64,000 nt of DNA from the NCBI GenBank assembly GCA_965219235.1, contig OZ244721.1, forward strand, positions 2,424,573 to 2,488,572. The letters are read 5' to 3'. Both the position numbers and the translations under genes were made by a program. A model generated the notes under the pieces. It made no database searches. It was not told the origin of the DNA and saw only the letters and a list, made by a program, of their open reading frames with translations. Source of the stretch: Sphingomonadaceae bacterium (GTDB taxonomy: Bacteria; Pseudomonadota; Alphaproteobacteria; Sphingomonadales; Sphingomonadaceae). Shown piece by piece: positions 55,790 through 64,000 of the stretch. How positions within the stretch are numbered: the stretch's first letter is position 1; every line of letters begins with the position of its first letter.

Positions 55790-55956
55790 GGAGGAGCGGC
55801 GGCATTTCGCAACGGTCCCCTGAAGCGGTTTGTCACGAGCGTCCGTCGGTGGGGAGTTGGCCGCCCATCGGCTTCCCTGCGGACGACGGGATTGGCATCG
55901 AGATCCGGGCTTCGGCTTTCGCGGGAGCATCGGCGGCGCGACCGCCCGGCGCCGCC

Positions 55957-56751
55957 TCACACCGTCAGCACACCCTCGATCACCGTCACCGCGCCGCCGG
56001 TCAGCACCGCGCGGTCGCCCTTCAACTCGCACCCCAGATCGCCGCCCCGCGCGCTCGCCTGGTGGGCGGTGAAGCGGGGGCGGCCGAGGCGTTCGGTCCA
56101 ATAGGGGGTGAGCACCGCGTGGGCGGAGCCGGTGACGGGGTCCTCGTCCACGCCCGCGCCGGGCACGAAGACGCGGCTCGCCACGTCGGTCCGCCGGCCG
56201 GGCGCGGTCACGATGACGGCGACCGGCCCCATCGCGGCGATGGCGCGGACGTCCGGCCGCACCGCGCGCACCGCCGCCTCGTCGGCCAGCGCGATCACGG
56301 CGTATTCGGCGCGGTGCCACAAGGTCGCCTCCACCGCCTCGGGTGGAAGGCCCAGCGCCGCGACGATCGCCGGCAGCGGCGTCGGCTCCGGTCGCCAGAT
56401 CGGCAGTGACAGGCTGTAGCCCGATGTTTCACGTGAAACACTCAGCTCCCCCGCCCGCTCCGTCGAGAAGCGCACGGTGTCGCGCCCCGGTTGACGGCTC
56501 AGCAGATGGTGCCCGCTGGCGAGTGTGGCGTGGCCGCACATCTCCACCTCGACGCCCGGCGTGAACCAGCGCAGCGGCACCGCGCCGTCGCGCTCGGGCA
56601 GCAGAAAGGCGGTCTCGGCCAGGTTGTTCTCGGCCGCGATCGCCAGCAGCGTGGCGTCGTCCAGCCACGCGTCCAGTTCCACGATCGCGGCCGGGTTGCC
56701 GGTGAAGGGCCGGTCGGCGAAGGCGTCGACCTGCGCGAAGGGGAGTTTCAT
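55957..56751 (-). CDS. PhzF-family epimerase/isomerase-like protein
   Basis: FTGNPAAIV, AETAFL, EVEMCGHATLA and PVTGSAH blocks of the PhzF family. Confidence 0.85.
   Translation of the reverse strand: MKLPFAQVDAFADRPFTGNPAAIVELDAWLDDATLLAIAAENNLAETAFLLPERDGAVPLRWFTPGVEVEMCGHATLASGHHLLSRQPGRDTVRFSTERAGELSVSRETSGYSLSLPIWRPEPTPLPAIVAALGLPPEAVEATLWHRAEYAVIALADEAAVRAVRPDVRAIAAMGPVAVIVTAPGRRTDVASRVFVPGAGVDEDPVTGSAHAVLTPYWTERLGRPRFTAHQASARGGDLGCELKGDRAVLTGGAVTVIEGVLTV
56425..56440. other. perfect consensus parS (ParB binding site) inside the PhzF-family gene
   Basis: TGTTTCACGTGAAACA, a perfect 16-bp palindrome, encoding S-V-S-R-E-T (codons 104-109) on the minus strand. Confidence 0.7.
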
Positions 56752-56765
56752 GCCGTCCTTCTACC

Positions 56766-56842
56766 CCGCTCGTCCCGAGCTTGTCGAAGGACGTTTTTGA
56801 CCGCCCCGCCAGAAGAGGCTTCGACAGGCTCAGCCGGAGCGG
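56766..56842. repeat. REP-E repeat, copy 2 (diverged left arm)
   Basis: CCGCTCGTCCCGAGCTTGTCGAAGG...GGCTTCGACAGGCTCAGCCGGAGCGG. The right arm is near-identical to copy 1. Confidence 0.75.
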
Positions 56843-56859
56843 ACTCGTGGAGTCCCGCT

Positions 56860-57825
56860 CTAGACGCGCTTGCCGAACCAGTGGGGCGTCACGTCGGTCT
56901 CCGCCAGCGGGTCGTCGGTGTCGAGGTGGCCCTCGGGATCGAGGTGGATCAGGATCTCGACGTCGGGGAAGGCGGCGTGGATCTTGTCCTCCACCTCGTC
57001 CATCACGTCGTGCGCGTCGGCGACGCTCATGTCGGCCGCCACGTACATGTGGAACTGGGCGAAGTCGTGCATGCCCGAGCGCCGGGTGCGGAAGTCGTGG
57101 ATGCCCTTCAGCTCCGGATGGGTGGCGGCGACGGCGAGGAAGCGCTCGCGCTGGTCGTCGGGCCATTCCTTGTCCATCAGCTGGTCGATCGCCTGGCTCG
57201 ACGCGCCGAACGCGCCCCAGGCGAGCCACAAAGCGATGGCGATGCCGAACAGCGCGTCGGCGCCCGCCACTCCGGCGACCTGGTCGAGGACGAGGGCGGC
57301 GATGACGGCGGCGTTCAGCAGCACGTCGGACTGGTAGTGGACGTTGTCGGCGCGGATCGCGACCGAGCCGGTCCGCCGGATCACCGAGCGCTGATAGGCG
57401 AGCAGGCCGAGCGTCACCGCGATGGCGGCGAGCGAGACGCCCACGCCGATCTCCGCGCGCTCGTTGACCGCCGGCGTGTGGAGACGGGCGATGGCCTGCC
57501 ACAGGATGGCGGCGGCCGACAGCGTGATGAGCGCCACCTGGAACAAGGCGGCCAGCGCCTCCGCCTTGCCATGGCCGAAGCGGTGGTCCTGGTCGGCCGG
57601 CTGCGCGGCGAGCCACACGCCGTAGAGGGTGACGCCGGCGGCCAGCAGGTCGAGGCCGGAATCGGCCACCGAGGCGAGCATGGAGATCGACCCGGTGGCC
57701 CACGCCGCCCAGCCCTTGAGCGCGAGCAGCACGCTCGCGGTGGCGACGCTGGCCAGCGCGGCGCGGCGGGCGAGCGACAGCGCGCGTGGGCGGGGCGTGG
57801 GGCGGAAGGGGGCGGCGGGAGTCAC
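56860..57825 (-). CDS. cation diffusion facilitator (CDF) family divalent-metal efflux transporter
   Basis: Six TM helices, HRFGHGKAE and ADNVHYQSD(V)L metal-site blocks, cytoplasmic C-terminal domain. GTG start preceded by GGAGGA from the REP-B terminus. Confidence 0.9.
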   Translation of the reverse strand: MTPAAPFRPTPRPRALSLARRAALASVATASVLLALKGWAAWATGSISMLASVADSGLDLLAAGVTLYGVWLAAQPADQDHRFGHGKAEALAALFQVALITLSAAAILWQAIARLHTPAVNERAEIGVGVSLAAIAVTLGLLAYQRSVIRRTGSVAIRADNVHYQSDVLLNAAVIAALVLDQVAGVAGADALFGIAIALWLAWGAFGASSQAIDQLMDKEWPDDQRERFLAVAATHPELKGIHDFRTRRSGMHDFAQFHMYVAADMSVADAHDVMDEVEDKIHAAFPDVEILIHLDPEGHLDTDDPLAETDVTPHWFGKRV

Positions 57826-57833
57826 CGTTCAGA

Positions 57834-57977
57834 TCCTCCCCGGCACGGGGAGGGGGACCATCCGAAGGATGGTGGTGGGGTCAGCCGCTCTCGACATAAG
57901 ACGACCGCTCATCAGCGTAGAGCTTGGGCAAACCCCTCCACCGCCTGCGGCGGTCCCCCTCCCCGTGCCGGGGAGGA
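57834..57977. repeat. REP-B structured repeat, copy 2 (short form)
   Basis: TCCTCCCCGGCACGGGGAGGGGGA...GGTGGTGGGGT...GAGCTTGGGCAAACCCCTCCACCGCC...TCCCCCTCCCCGTGCCGGGGAGGA. Lacks the first three-way-junction module present in copy 1. Confidence 0.8.
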
Positions 57978-57992
57978 CCTTTCCAAGCCCCC

Positions 57993-58571
57993 TCACGGGA
58001 ACAGCAACCCTTCCGTCCACCCCTTGCCATCCCGCGTGAACAGGCGGCGGTGGTGCATCCGGTCGGCGCCGTCCTCCCAGAACTCGATCGTCTCGGGCGT
58101 GAGGCGATAGCCGCCCCAGTGCGCCGGGCGTGGCACCGGCCCGCCGCCCAGCCGCTCGTCCAGCGCCCCGACGCGCTCGGTGAAGGTCTCGCGGGACGGC
58201 AGGGGCCGCGACTGGTCGGACGCGGCGGCGGCGAGCTGCGAGGCGCGCGAGCGGCTGGCGAAATAGGCGTCCGCGAGGTCGGGCGCGACCCGCTCCACCG
58301 GCCCGGCCAGCCGCACCTGCCGGCGCAGCGTCTTCCAGTGGAACAACAGCGCGGCCACGGGATTGGCGGCGAGGTCCATGCCCTTGCGGCTCCCCTCGTT
58401 GGTGTACCAGACGAAGCCGTCGGACCCGTGGCCCTTGAGCAGCACCATGCGCGCCGACGGCCGGCCGTCGGCATCGGCGGTGGCGAGCGCCACGGCGTTG
58501 GGGTCGTTGGGCTCCGACCGCCCGGCCTCGGCGAACCAGCGGTCGAACAGCTCGAGGGGGTCGGTGGCCAT
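57993..58571 (-). CDS. pdxH: pyridoxamine 5'-phosphate oxidase
   Basis: RMVLLKG, WYTNEGSRKG, IEFWEDG...R(M)HHRRLF. Full length 192 aa. Confidence 0.95.
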   Translation of the reverse strand: MATDPLELFDRWFAEAGRSEPNDPNAVALATADADGRPSARMVLLKGHGSDGFVWYTNEGSRKGMDLAANPVAALLFHWKTLRRQVRLAGPVERVAPDLADAYFASRSRASQLAAAASDQSRPLPSRETFTERVGALDERLGGGPVPRPAHWGGYRLTPETIEFWEDGADRMHHRRLFTRDGKGWTEGLLFP

Positions 58572-58630
58572 GAGGGCGCTATAGGACCGCCCATTGCTCC
58601 CGCCAATCGCCTCACCTAGCTAGGGGCGCG

Positions 58631-59575
58631 ATGGCCGATCCCTACCAGACCCTGGGCGTGACCCGCTCCGCCAGCGCGGCGGAGATCAAGAGCGCCTATC
58701 GCAAGCTCGCCAAGCAGCTCCACCCCGACCGCCACCCCGACGACCCCACCGCCGGCGACCGCTTCGGCCGGGTCACGGCGGCCTACGACCTGTTGTCCGA
58801 CACCGACAAGCGCGCGCGCTTCGACCGGGGCGAGATCGACGCGGACGGCAACCCGGTCAACCCGTTCGCGGGCGGCTTCGGCGGGGCCGGGGCCGGGGGT
58901 GGGCGCGGGGGCTTCGACTTCGGCTCCGACTTCAACCAGGCCGGCGCGGCCGATCTGGGCGACATCTTCGAGGGGCTGTTCGGCGGGCGGGCGGGGGCGC
59001 CCGGCGGGATGGGCGGAGCGCGCCGCCAGACGCGCGCCGCGCCGCCGCCCAAGGGGGCCAACGTCGCCTACCGCCTGCTCGTGTCCTTCACCGACGCGGC
59101 GGCGCTGGCGCCCCAGCGGATCACGCTCTCCGACGGCTCGACGCTCGACCTGAAGCTGCCCGCCGGGGTCGAGAGCGGCACGACGCTGCGGCTCGCCGGC
59201 AAGGGCCAGGCGGGGCCGGGCGGGGCCGGGGACGCGCAGGTGACGGTCGAGATCGGGGCGCACCCGCACTTCACCCGCGACGGCGACGACATCCGCCTCG
59301 ACCTGCCGATCAGCCTCAAGGAGGCGGTGGAGGGCGCGAAGGTCCGCTGCCCCACGGCCGACGGCGCGGTGGTGGTGACGGTGCCGCCGAACTCGTCCTC
59401 CGGCCGCACGCTGCGCCTGCGCGGCAAGGGCTGGTCGAGGAAGGCGGGTGGCCGGGGCGACCAGCTCGTCCAGCTGATGATCGCGCTGCCGACTGGCGAC
59501 GCCGCCCTGGAGCGGTTCGTCGCCGACTGGCCGGGCGGCGACGGCGAGTCGCTGCGCGCCGATCTGGGCGTCTGA
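58631..59575 (+). CDS. J-domain co-chaperone (CbpA/DnaJ-like, no zinc-finger domain)
   Basis: J domain DPYQTLGV...LHPDRHPDD (HPD motif), Gly-rich linker, DnaJ C-terminal beta-sandwich domains. Confidence 0.85.
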   Translation: MADPYQTLGVTRSASAAEIKSAYRKLAKQLHPDRHPDDPTAGDRFGRVTAAYDLLSDTDKRARFDRGEIDADGNPVNPFAGGFGGAGAGGGRGGFDFGSDFNQAGAADLGDIFEGLFGGRAGAPGGMGGARRQTRAAPPPKGANVAYRLLVSFTDAAALAPQRITLSDGSTLDLKLPAGVESGTTLRLAGKGQAGPGGAGDAQVTVEIGAHPHFTRDGDDIRLDLPISLKEAVEGAKVRCPTADGAVVVTVPPNSSSGRTLRLRGKGWSRKAGGRGDQLVQLMIALPTGDAALERFVADWPGGDGESLRADLGV

Positions 59576-59580
59576 CGCCG

Positions 59581-60537
59581 GTGCCGGCGGTCCTCGACGA
59601 TCACACGCCGGAGGCCCGCTATCATCGCCGCCTGCATGAGCGGCTGCGCGGCCATGTCGAGCGGCTGCGTCCCGGCCAGCGGGCGTGGGAGGTGGCGAAG
59701 TGCGCGCTGCTGGGCACCTATCGCGACGGCTTCGTCCACGCCGGCAACCTCGCCTTCCTCAGCCTGCTGGCGCTGTTTCCCTTCGCGATCATCGCGGCGG
59801 CGATCACCAAGCTCCTGGGCGAGACCGACTGGGGGCTGGCGATCGTGGAGAACGTGCTCGCCGCCATGCCGCGCAACGTCGGCGAGGCGGTGCTGCCGGC
59901 GATCCAGGAGGTGCTCAAGGCGCGCACCGGGCCGCTGCTCTGGCTGGGCGCGCTGGTCGGGCTGTGGACGGTGGGCTCGCTGATCGAGACGGTGCGCGAC
60001 ATCATGCACCGCGCCTACGGGACGAAGCCCACGCGTTCCTTCCTGCGCTACCGCGCCGCGTCGGTGCTGATGATCGTGGGCGCCGTCGCGCTCGCCATGT
60101 TCGGCTTCGTGCTGGGCGTGGTGCTGACGGGCGTGGAGGCCGCGATCTCGACCTGGCTGCCGTTCCAGCAGGACTGGCTGTCGATCCTGGCGATCGGGCG
60201 GATCGTGCCCGCGCTGGCGCTGATCGGCTCGCTCTACGCGCTCTTCCGGCTGATCACCCCGTCCGCCTATCGCTCCCGGCGCTATCCGAAATGGCCGGGC
60301 GCGGTGTTCACGGCGGGCTGGTGGCTGCTGGTGACCGCGCTCCTGCCGACCGTGCTGGGCCTCGCGGGCGGCTACGATCTGACCTATGGCAGCCTGGCCG
60401 GCGCCACCATCGCGCTCCTGTTCTTCTGGACGGTGGGGCTGGGGATGGTGTTCGGGATCGAGCTGAACGCCGCCCTCGCCGACAAGCCGGTGGCCGTCTA
60501 TGACGAGCCGCAACTGGTGGAGAACACGGGCGTATGA
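59581..60537 (+). CDS. YihY/virulence factor BrkB family membrane protein
   Basis: AGNLAFLSLLALFPF and six-TM pattern typical of YihY/BrkB. GTG start. Confidence 0.85.
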   Translation: MPAVLDDHTPEARYHRRLHERLRGHVERLRPGQRAWEVAKCALLGTYRDGFVHAGNLAFLSLLALFPFAIIAAAITKLLGETDWGLAIVENVLAAMPRNVGEAVLPAIQEVLKARTGPLLWLGALVGLWTVGSLIETVRDIMHRAYGTKPTRSFLRYRAASVLMIVGAVALAMFGFVLGVVLTGVEAAISTWLPFQQDWLSILAIGRIVPALALIGSLYALFRLITPSAYRSRRYPKWPGAVFTAGWWLLVTALLPTVLGLAGGYDLTYGSLAGATIALLFFWTVGLGMVFGIELNAALADKPVAVYDEPQLVENTGV

Positions 60538-61337
60538 CGGGATTGATGGCGGGCAGGCGCGGCCTGATCATGGGGCTGGCGAACGACAAGTCGCTCGCCT
60601 GGGGGATCGCCAGGGCGCTGCGGGAGCAAGGCGCCGAACTCGCCTTCACCTATCAGGGCGAGGCGCTGGGCAAGCGAGTGAAGCCCTTGGCCGAAAGTCT
60701 CGGCTCCGATCTGACGATCGACTGCGACGTCGGCGACATGGCCGCCCTCGACCGCGCCTTCGCCGAACTGGGCGCGCGGTGGGACGGGCTCGACTTCCTG
60801 GTCCATGCGATCGGGTTCTCCGACAAGAACGAACTGCGCGGCAAATACGTCGACACGACGCTCGACAACTTCCTGATGACCATGAACATCTCCGCCTATT
60901 CGCTGGTCGCGGTGACGAAGCGGGCGCTGCCGATGATGCGCGCCGGAGGGTCGATCCTGACGCTGACCTACTACGGCGCGGAGAAGGTCATCCCGCACTA
61001 CAACGTGATGGGCGTCGCCAAGGCGGCGCTGGAGGCGTCCGTGCGCTACCTCGCCGCCGATCTGGGACCGGACGGCATCCGCGTGAACGCGCTGTCGGCG
61101 GGACCCATCAAGACGCTGGCGGCGAGCGGCATCGGCGACTTCCGCTACATCCTGAAGTGGAACGAACTGAACGCGCCGCTCCGCCGCAACGTGACGATCG
61201 AGGATGTCGGCGGGGCCGGGTTGTATCTGCTCTCCGACCTCGCGAGCGGGGTGACGGGCGAGGTCCACCATGTCGACGCCGGCTACCACGCCATCGGCAT
61301 GAAGGCGGAAGACGCCCCCGACATCGCGCTGGCGTGA
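60534..61337 (+). CDS. fabI: enoyl-[acyl-carrier-protein] reductase (NADH)
   Basis: GLIMGLANDKSLAWGIA cofactor motif, catalytic Y-x6-K (YNVMGVAKAAL). ATGA overlap with the upstream gene. Confidence 0.95.
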   Translation: MTGLMAGRRGLIMGLANDKSLAWGIARALREQGAELAFTYQGEALGKRVKPLAESLGSDLTIDCDVGDMAALDRAFAELGARWDGLDFLVHAIGFSDKNELRGKYVDTTLDNFLMTMNISAYSLVAVTKRALPMMRAGGSILTLTYYGAEKVIPHYNVMGVAKAALEASVRYLAADLGPDGIRVNALSAGPIKTLAASGIGDFRYILKWNELNAPLRRNVTIEDVGGAGLYLLSDLASGVTGEVHHVDAGYHAIGMKAEDAPDIALA

Positions 61338-61340
61338 GGG

Positions 61341-61583
61341 GTGCCTACCGTGTTCAGACAAAGCGGTTTGCGCTTCCACTTCTTCTCGAACGAGGGTGAG
61401 CCGCGCGAGCCGATGCACATCCATGTGGTCAAGAACGGGCGCGAAGCGAAGTTCTGGACTGGCGATGCTGTCGAACTCGCCTACAATCACGGTTTCGACC
61501 GGCGGGAGTTGGCGATGGCTCTGATGATCGTGCGCGCCCGTCGACGCGAGTTGCAGGAGGCTTGGAATGGACACTTTAGTTAG
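61341..61583 (+). CDS. DUF4160 domain protein
   Basis: 80 aa. The MPTVFRQSGLRFHFFSNEGEPREPMHIHV pattern (MPT start, F-F-x-N-E...HxH) is typical of DUF4160. GC is lower than the surroundings. Confidence 0.8.
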   Translation: MPTVFRQSGLRFHFFSNEGEPREPMHIHVVKNGREAKFWTGDAVELAYNHGFDRRELAMALMIVRARRRELQEAWNGHFS

Positions 61584-61821
61584 GCCAAAGGCTGTCCGCT
61601 TTGATGATGACGCCATGTGGGTCGATCTAGAAGACGGCCGAACCTTGGGCATCCCGCTCGCCTGGTTCCCGCGCCTGCTCGACGGAACGCCGGAGCAGCG
61701 AGCGGGGGTCGAGATCGGCACCGTCGGTCTGCACTGGGACGAGCTGGACGAGGACATCTCCATCGCCGGGCTGCTCGCCGGGCAAGGCGATCAGACCAAG
61801 CGACGTCCGCAAGCCGCCTGA
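61567..61821 (+). CDS. DUF2442 domain protein
   Basis: 84 aa, GGAGG 6 nt upstream of the ATG. V.FDDDAMWVDLEDGRTLGIPLAWFPRL...G.HW..LDEDISI pattern of DUF2442. Overlaps the DUF4160 gene by 17 nt. Confidence 0.8.
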   Translation: MDTLVRPKAVRFDDDAMWVDLEDGRTLGIPLAWFPRLLDGTPEQRAGVEIGTVGLHWDELDEDISIAGLLAGQGDQTKRRPQAA

Positions 61822-61822
61822 G

Positions 61823-62203
61823 GTGCTGACCCTCGACCACGTGCAGGTCGCCATGCCCATTGGCGGCGAGGCGGAGGCTCGGCGGTTCTTCGGCGACCTC
61901 CTCGGGCTGGCCGAGATCGCCAAGCCGGAGGCGCTCCAGGGGCGTGGCGGGTGCTGGTTCGCGATGGGCGACCGGCAGCTGCATCTGGGGGTGGAGGAGT
62001 CGTTCGTGCCGGCGAAGAAGGCGCACATCGCAGTGGCCACGGACGACCTGCCCGCGCTGCGGGGGCGGCTTGCGGCGGCGGGCCGTGCCCTTCGGGACGA
62101 CGCCCCGATCGAGGGGCGGGATCGGTTCTTCACGGAGGATCCGTTCGGCAACCGGCTGGAGATCGTCGGGCCACCGCGGGGCCGGACGGAACCGCCGACT
62201 TGA
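61823..62203 (+). CDS. VOC (glyoxalase/bleomycin-resistance/dioxygenase) family protein
   Basis: LDHVQVAMP...HLGVEE...AHIAV...FTEDPFGNRLEIV, the paired beta-alpha-beta-beta-beta VOC pattern. GTG start 1 nt after the DUF2442 stop. Confidence 0.8.
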   Translation: MLTLDHVQVAMPIGGEAEARRFFGDLLGLAEIAKPEALQGRGGCWFAMGDRQLHLGVEESFVPAKKAHIAVATDDLPALRGRLAAAGRALRDDAPIEGRDRFFTEDPFGNRLEIVGPPRGRTEPPT

Positions 62204-62247
62204 TTCCAGGCACATCCGGGTGCATATCCCGCCCAGGGAGTGCAGCC

Positions 62248-62598
62248 ATGCTTGCCGCTTTTCTGGACGACATCCGCGACGACGACATCATCGCGCCCCG
62301 GCGGCTGGCCGAGCGGCTGAAGCTGCCCATGACGCGGCTGGCCAAGCTGGCGCACCTCAACCGCAACACCATGTCCGCCCGACCGGAGAGCCCGGCGGTG
62401 CAGGAGAAGCTGGGGCGGATCGCGCGCATCATCGCGCGCGCCGCCGAACTGTCGGGCGACGAGGGCCGCGCCATCGTCTGGTTCAAGCACCAGCCCATCC
62501 CCGGCTTCGGCCGCACGGCGGAGGCGCTGGTGGAGGAGGGGCACGCGGAACTGGTCATGGAAGACTTGGAGCGGATGGCTGAGGGGGTCTACTCGTAG
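62248..62598 (+). CDS. antitoxin, Xre/MbcA/ParS-like toxin-binding domain (DUF2384)
   Basis: ATG 62248 inside ORF 61951..62598. C-terminal WFKHQPIPGFGRTAEALVEEGHAELVMEDLERM is the DUF2384 signature. Sits upstream of a RES gene. Confidence 0.8.
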   Translation: MLAAFLDDIRDDDIIAPRRLAERLKLPMTRLAKLAHLNRNTMSARPESPAVQEKLGRIARIIARAAELSGDEGRAIVWFKHQPIPGFGRTAEALVEEGHAELVMEDLERMAEGVYS

Positions 62599-62658
62599 GT
62601 GGTGGAACGCTAAGCGCTGATAGTGACCTCCTCGCCCGAGTTGGTTTAAGGCGCGGTC

Positions 62659-63162
62659 ATGGCTGCGCTTCGACCGCTCTCCCTCACTGTTTGGCGCATG
62701 GTCTCCATCGAGCGCCAGCGAAGTTCATTGTCGGGGGAGGGAGCGCGACGCTTCGGTGGTCGCTGGAACCCCATAGGTCAGCCCGCCCTCTATCTGGCGA
62801 CCGAGCCGGCGACCGCCGCGGCCGAGTTCTACCAAGGTATCATCAAGCCGGGCACGCTGGTGCCGTACACGCTCGAAGCGGACAGGATCGCGGAGCTGAC
62901 CGCTGGGGATGAGGACGTCGAACGCGCCTTGAACGCCGATTGGAAGACGGAAGCGAGGATCGACGGCACCGCCCCACCCTCCTGGTCCCTCGCCGCCGAT
63001 CTGATCGCGGCCGGGGCGGAGGGCGCGCTGGTGCCGTCGGTCCAGAACCCGGGCGGCACCAACCTGGTGCTGTGGCGCTGGCGCGACGCCGGCGAGCCGG
63101 GCGAGGGCGCGGCGCTGACGCCGCTCGACCCGGACGCGGACCTGTCGGGACCGGCGCCATGA
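62659..63162 (+). CDS. RES-domain toxin (NAD+-targeting MbcT/ParT-like family)
   Basis: 167 aa. [23 protein letters not shown]...AAAEF...[17 protein letters not shown] contains the R-E-S signature residues in family order. Confidence 0.85.
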   Translation: MAALRPLSLTVWRMVSIERQRSSLSGEGARRFGGRWNPIGQPALYLATEPATAAAEFYQGIIKPGTLVPYTLEADRIAELTAGDEDVERALNADWKTEARIDGTAPPSWSLAADLIAAGAEGALVPSVQNPGGTNLVLWRWRDAGEPGEGAALTPLDPDADLSGPAP

Positions 63163-64000
63163 GCCACAACACCACCGGCCGCCTGTTCCGCCTGACGACC
63201 TGGGGGGAGAGCCACGGACCGGCGATCGGGGCGGTGGTGGACGGGTGCCCGCCGGGGCTCACGCTGTCGGAGGCCGACATCCAGCCGTTCCTGGACCGGC
63301 GGCGGCCGGGGCAGTCGCGCTTCACCACCCAGCGGAGGGAACCCGACCGGGTCCGCGTCCTGTCCGGCGTGTACGAGGGCCGCACGACGGGGACTCCGAT
63401 CGCGCTCCACATCGGCAACGTGGATCAACGCTCCAAGGATTACACGGAGGTCGCCCGCGCTTACCGCCCCGGCCACGCCGACTACGCCTACGACGCCAAA
63501 TACGGGCTGCGCGATCCGCGCGGCGGCGGGCGGTCCTCGGCGCGCGAGACGGCGATGCGGGTGGCGGCGGGAGCGATCGCTCGGCTCGTGATCCCGCAGG
63601 TGGCGATCATCGGCTGGGTCGAGGCGATCGGGGGCGACGCGATCGAGCAGTTCGACGCGGACGAGATCGGCCGCAATCCCTTCTTCTGCCCCGACGCCGC
63701 CGCCGCCGAGCGGTGGGAGGGGCTGGTGGACCGGGCGCGGCGCGACGGCAGCTCGCTGGGCGCGGTGGTGGCGGTGGAGGCGACGGGCGTGCCCGCCGGC
63801 TGGGGCGCGCCCGTCTATGCCAAGCTCGACGCCGATCTGGCGGGCGCGCTGATGTCGATCAACGCCGCCAAGGGCGTGGAGATCGGCGACGGCTTCCGCG
63901 CGGGCGCGGCGCGGGGCGAGGACAACGCCGACGCGATGCGGCCCGGACCGGAGGGTCCGGTCTTCGGCGGCAACCACGCCGGCGGCGTGGCGGGCGGGAT
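63159..64000 (+). CDS. aroC: chorismate synthase (5' 280 codons; 3' end beyond the right edge)
   Basis: Absent from the ORF track (no in-window stop). Hand translation from ATG 63159: [34 protein letters not shown]...[30 protein letters not shown]. The ATG overlaps the RES toxin stop (ATGA). Confidence 0.95.
   Translation, partial: MSHNTTGRLFRLTTWGESHGPAIGAVVDGCPPGLTLSEADIQPFLDRRRPGQSRFTTQRREPDRVRVLSGVYEGRTTGTPIALHIGNVDQRSKDYTEVARAYRPGHADYAYDAKYGLRDPRGGGRSSARETAMRVAAGAIARLVIPQVAIIGWVEAIGGDAIEQFDADEIGRNPFFCPDAAAAERWEGLVDRARRDGSSLGAVVAVEATGVPAGWGAPVYAKLDADLAGALMSINAAKGVEIGDGFRAGAARGEDNADAMRPGPEGPVFGGNHAGGVAGG

Noticed and set aside
53950-55836. 628-aa minus-strand ORF
   Set aside because: It is mostly antisense to mnmA, whose PP-loop and catalytic motifs are unambiguous. 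Its 3' end only reflects the open frame in the 437-bp intergenic region.

Overview
This is a 64-kb, very GC-rich (about 70% by eye) chromosomal segment. Gene content and regulatory motifs point to an alphaproteobacterium, probably a sphingomonad (inference): an HWE-type histidine kinase, a DUF1153/SciP-like gene, a GGAAC-N16-CGTT EcfG-type promoter, metX-metW, and the ftsE-ftsX-ydcF-plsC block. I call 55 protein genes, one 18-codon sORF candidate and one tRNA-Leu(GAG). There is no rRNA, CRISPR, transposase, integrase or phage gene.

Two real genes are missing from the supplied ORF track because they run off the window. One is a giant RHS/YD-repeat gene (minus strand, 7262 to <1); the 2201-aa plus-strand ORF there is its antisense shadow. 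The other is aroC (63159 to >64000).

Most genes are housekeeping: mutY, nudC, ftsEX, plsC, hisC, metXW, pheST, argB, mnmA, pdxH, fabI, aroC.

Accessory-looking parts:
- the RHS gene with an upstream DUF1800-DUF1501 pair
- a GT4-fusion/GH130/amidase operon
- an MFP-RND-DUF445-GNAT operon joined by three GTGA overlaps
- a 1.8-kb islet between fabI and aroC carrying DUF4160-DUF2442-VOC and an Xre/RES toxin-antitoxin pair

The non-coding layer is the most unusual aspect:
- Five families of nested palindromic repeats (about 21 copies) occupy most of the larger intergenic gaps.
- One repeat copy is split by a 635-bp lower-GC cassette with terminal inverted repeats and a 10-bp target duplication. 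The cassette carries only a GNAT gene.
- There are three parS-type ParB sites, one of them a perfect TGTTTCACGTGAAACA.
- There is an EcfG-type promoter, and a 15-nt perfect anti-16S Shine-Dalgarno sequence driving an 18-codon sORF.

I did not find a convincing, complete, previously undescribed multi-gene system. The leads below are hypotheses with explicit tests. Non-ORF coordinates were anchored by hand to ORF-track coordinates and may be off by 1-2 nt. GC values are eye estimates, not computed.
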